Notes under the pieces: model-generated
The model's database searches: none
The model's input: the letters and a program-made list of their open reading frames with translations, nothing else
What the model was told of the DNA's origin: nothing
Assembly (NCBI GenBank): GCA_026023565.1
Contig: JAPETS010000001.1
Span: 992,001 to 1,056,000 of the forward strand
Direction: 5' to 3'
DNA from: Cirrosporium novae-zelandiae
Lineage: Eukaryota
Length of the DNA stretch: 64,000 nt
Program-made: the position numbers and the translations under genes
In this document: positions 61,851 through 64,000 of the stretch, one piece after another
Numbering within the stretch: the first letter of the stretch is position 1
Layout of the letters: every line of letters starts with the position of its first letter

Positions 61851-63439
61851 ACTGAATAATCTCTAGCAAACAGAAAAACAACACGGGCTCTTTAGACAAG
61901 ATCCTCAGAATTTATTACCGGCTCGTATGTAACGCGACGGAAACAAGGAACCAGAAACGGATCCATACACAAGGAGTTTAGAAGTATTGGAATCGGACGC
62001 TTGGATTGGCCGGTTGCCGGTATGCAATGTTTATTTAATACGCCTTATGGGGGGGATTGGCTAGTATCAATACCCTGGCGCTTGTACATAAGCGAGAATC
62101 ATTACTTACGTACGACGTCGTTGTTTTGGATTCTTCTGAAACATTAATCCGTGGAAAGATCAGAATATTTAACTAGGTGATTTTTACTATTATAATCCCT
62201 TCTCAAATGTATAACCTTGATTCCAACAACAAGCCCGAAACTTTTATCAGTATTTTATCGAGCTGCGAGCGATTATTTTATTCTAGATGGCACAAACGAG
62301 AATCAATGTCCCCTGGTCCAGAAGGGTTGGAACATGGCCAGATACTTGGCACAGTATTTCTCGAAATGAATACGTTGTTCAATCTTACGCAAGTCATTAT
62401 TCTAATAATGTGTAGCATGGTGTGCTAACAAGGTTCACCGAGGTTGCTATTTTTTCGTATCGTTAAGAGAGTTTATCATTCATTTCAATTCAAGTGCCCA
62501 TTAGGAGTGGACATTTGAGAATCAACGTCCTGTATTTCTTCACGATCTACTCTACAGCTTGCAGCAGCTATTCTAGCTATACAATAAGAGAGAAATATTA
62601 AAACATCTTTGGGGAAAAGTTTTAAGGAAAAGAGGGCTCATTAGCCAAGAGTTATCACACCTCAAAGCAGCATTTCGTATTGGCTATATACCAAATTTAT
62701 ATTCTCTGAGAACAATTCGGTTCTGTGTTCTCCAACGCCGAGATGAATTATACAAACATGTTACTCATACGCAAGCAAGCTAATTTCCCAATGCTCGAAA
62801 AAAGGAACTAGATATCTTCTACCAACATCAACCTTCAAAAAGAAGACAGAAAGAACCCCCCCCAAACTAAACGATATATCGAATACGAATAAAATACCTA
62901 GAAGACCCGCTTAGTGGTATCTATGTATCCGAAAATATATTCAGTTTTAGAAAGTGTCTCGATAAGTTTATGAATAGTCTAGGATTTCTTGGCTTTCATC
63001 TATGTAAATCGATATACCCCCTTTGATTTTATATTTCGACATAGAATCTTAGGGATCAGGTTGCGATATGGTCATCCCTTCATAGGGTAGACTAGCTGAT
63101 CATATTACATGCACAGACAAAGAACTCTAACAAAATAGTCCCTCTAATTATAAGGTCCACGTATCAGCATTTCATCGTGAATACTTGAAAGAAGAAGACC
63201 TTTTGTTTGTGTTGGAATGCTTTCGAGCGCACACTCACTAAAGCTACCGTGGACTACTGTTTATTTCTAATTCTTCGACCTTAATTGAACCTAGCTCGGT
63301 TGCATTGCAGAGACTAGGTAGCTCGCCTTAGACCAAAATCGTGAAAGAACCCCGGGCGCATTTTCATCCATTTCACGCCCTCAGTTCATATTCTATTGTT
63401 ACACACAGCCGCATTGCGAACGACTACCTAGGTAGGTTC

Positions 63440-64000
63440 TTAAGCGGTCGATGCCAAATGCTCTCTGTTTTGAATATAGTTCTTCCGGTGAGGATTTTCA
63501 TCCAGCTCTGGAGCTCTATTCAACGCCGTCCATTTCGGCTCGTCCTGGAAGAGTCTCAAGGCCTTGATGTACTATTCGAATACACAAGTAAGCAAATATC
63601 ATCCATTTCCTGTCTCCCCACCCCAATTATCTCCGAATAACTACACCAACACAGCAGGAAAAAGCTTACATTAGTCTCATCCGTTGTGAACCGATGGTAA
63701 ATCCCAGCGGGCAATACCAACAAATCCCCCAATTCCATCTTAACCCTGACCCACTCATCCCCGTCACTCCTAACATCAAAATACCCCTCCCCGTCTAAAA
63801 TATAACGAATCTCCTCATCCTCATGAAGGTGCTCATTGAAGAACATTTTCACCTTCTCCTCATAGATTTCACCCATAGCAGCAGGGGAAACGACGATGGT
63901 ATCGCGGTTCTTGTAGTTGCGAGCTTTGGCGATCTCGTCAACGAGGTGCGGGGAGGTAGGGGGCAGGTGCTTGTAGATTATGCCGAGCTTACGCAGGTAG
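63440..64000 (-). CDS. ADI1: Acireductone dioxygenase (methionine salvage); 5' end lies outside the window
   Basis: [11 protein letters not shown]...[25 protein letters not shown]...[12 protein letters not shown]. Intron from 63669; last exon [19 protein letters not shown]...STA*. Confidence 0.96.

Noticed and set aside
1..64000. Stop-codon readthrough (TGA CTA) or cryptic PTS1 extensions; CRISPR arrays; rRNA; biosynthetic gene cluster
   Set aside because: The TGA stops I checked lack the TGA CTA context, and no such arrays or backbone enzymes are visible.

Overview
Gene-dense, intron-containing chromosomal DNA from a filamentous ascomycete (Pezizomycotina; GT..AG introns with CTRAY branch sites). 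I assembled 23 protein-coding gene models by hand, mostly housekeeping: RPC19, complex I B14/NDUFA6, PPT1, SPT4, gatA/UGA1, SET2, a Myb-like/AT-hook protein, cmkC-type CaMKK, BET5, a HAL4/SAT4 kinase, RAI1, a small possible APC/C subunit, GET4, SIZ1, DUF2423, CWC21, CDC123, MTO1, CRD1, a WOPR regulator (RYP1/WOR1/SGE1-like) with about 7.8 kb of gene-free upstream DNA, a UIM-bearing TDP1-like protein, an SDR and a 5'-truncated ADI1. Two adjacent convergent pseudogenes lie at about 57.0-59.7 kb. I found no tRNA, rRNA, intact transposon, CRISPR array or secondary-metabolite cluster, and no unambiguous new multi-gene system. The best leads are: a 183-codon stop-free frame in an apparent CRD1 intron, in frame with the catalytic exon; recurring sharp C/A-rich to G/T-rich strand-skew switches inside genes; the APC14/APC16-like orphan; the pseudogene pair; candidate spliced non-coding or UTR introns; and the WOPR upstream architecture. 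Family assignments come from motif recognition and memory, not database searches.
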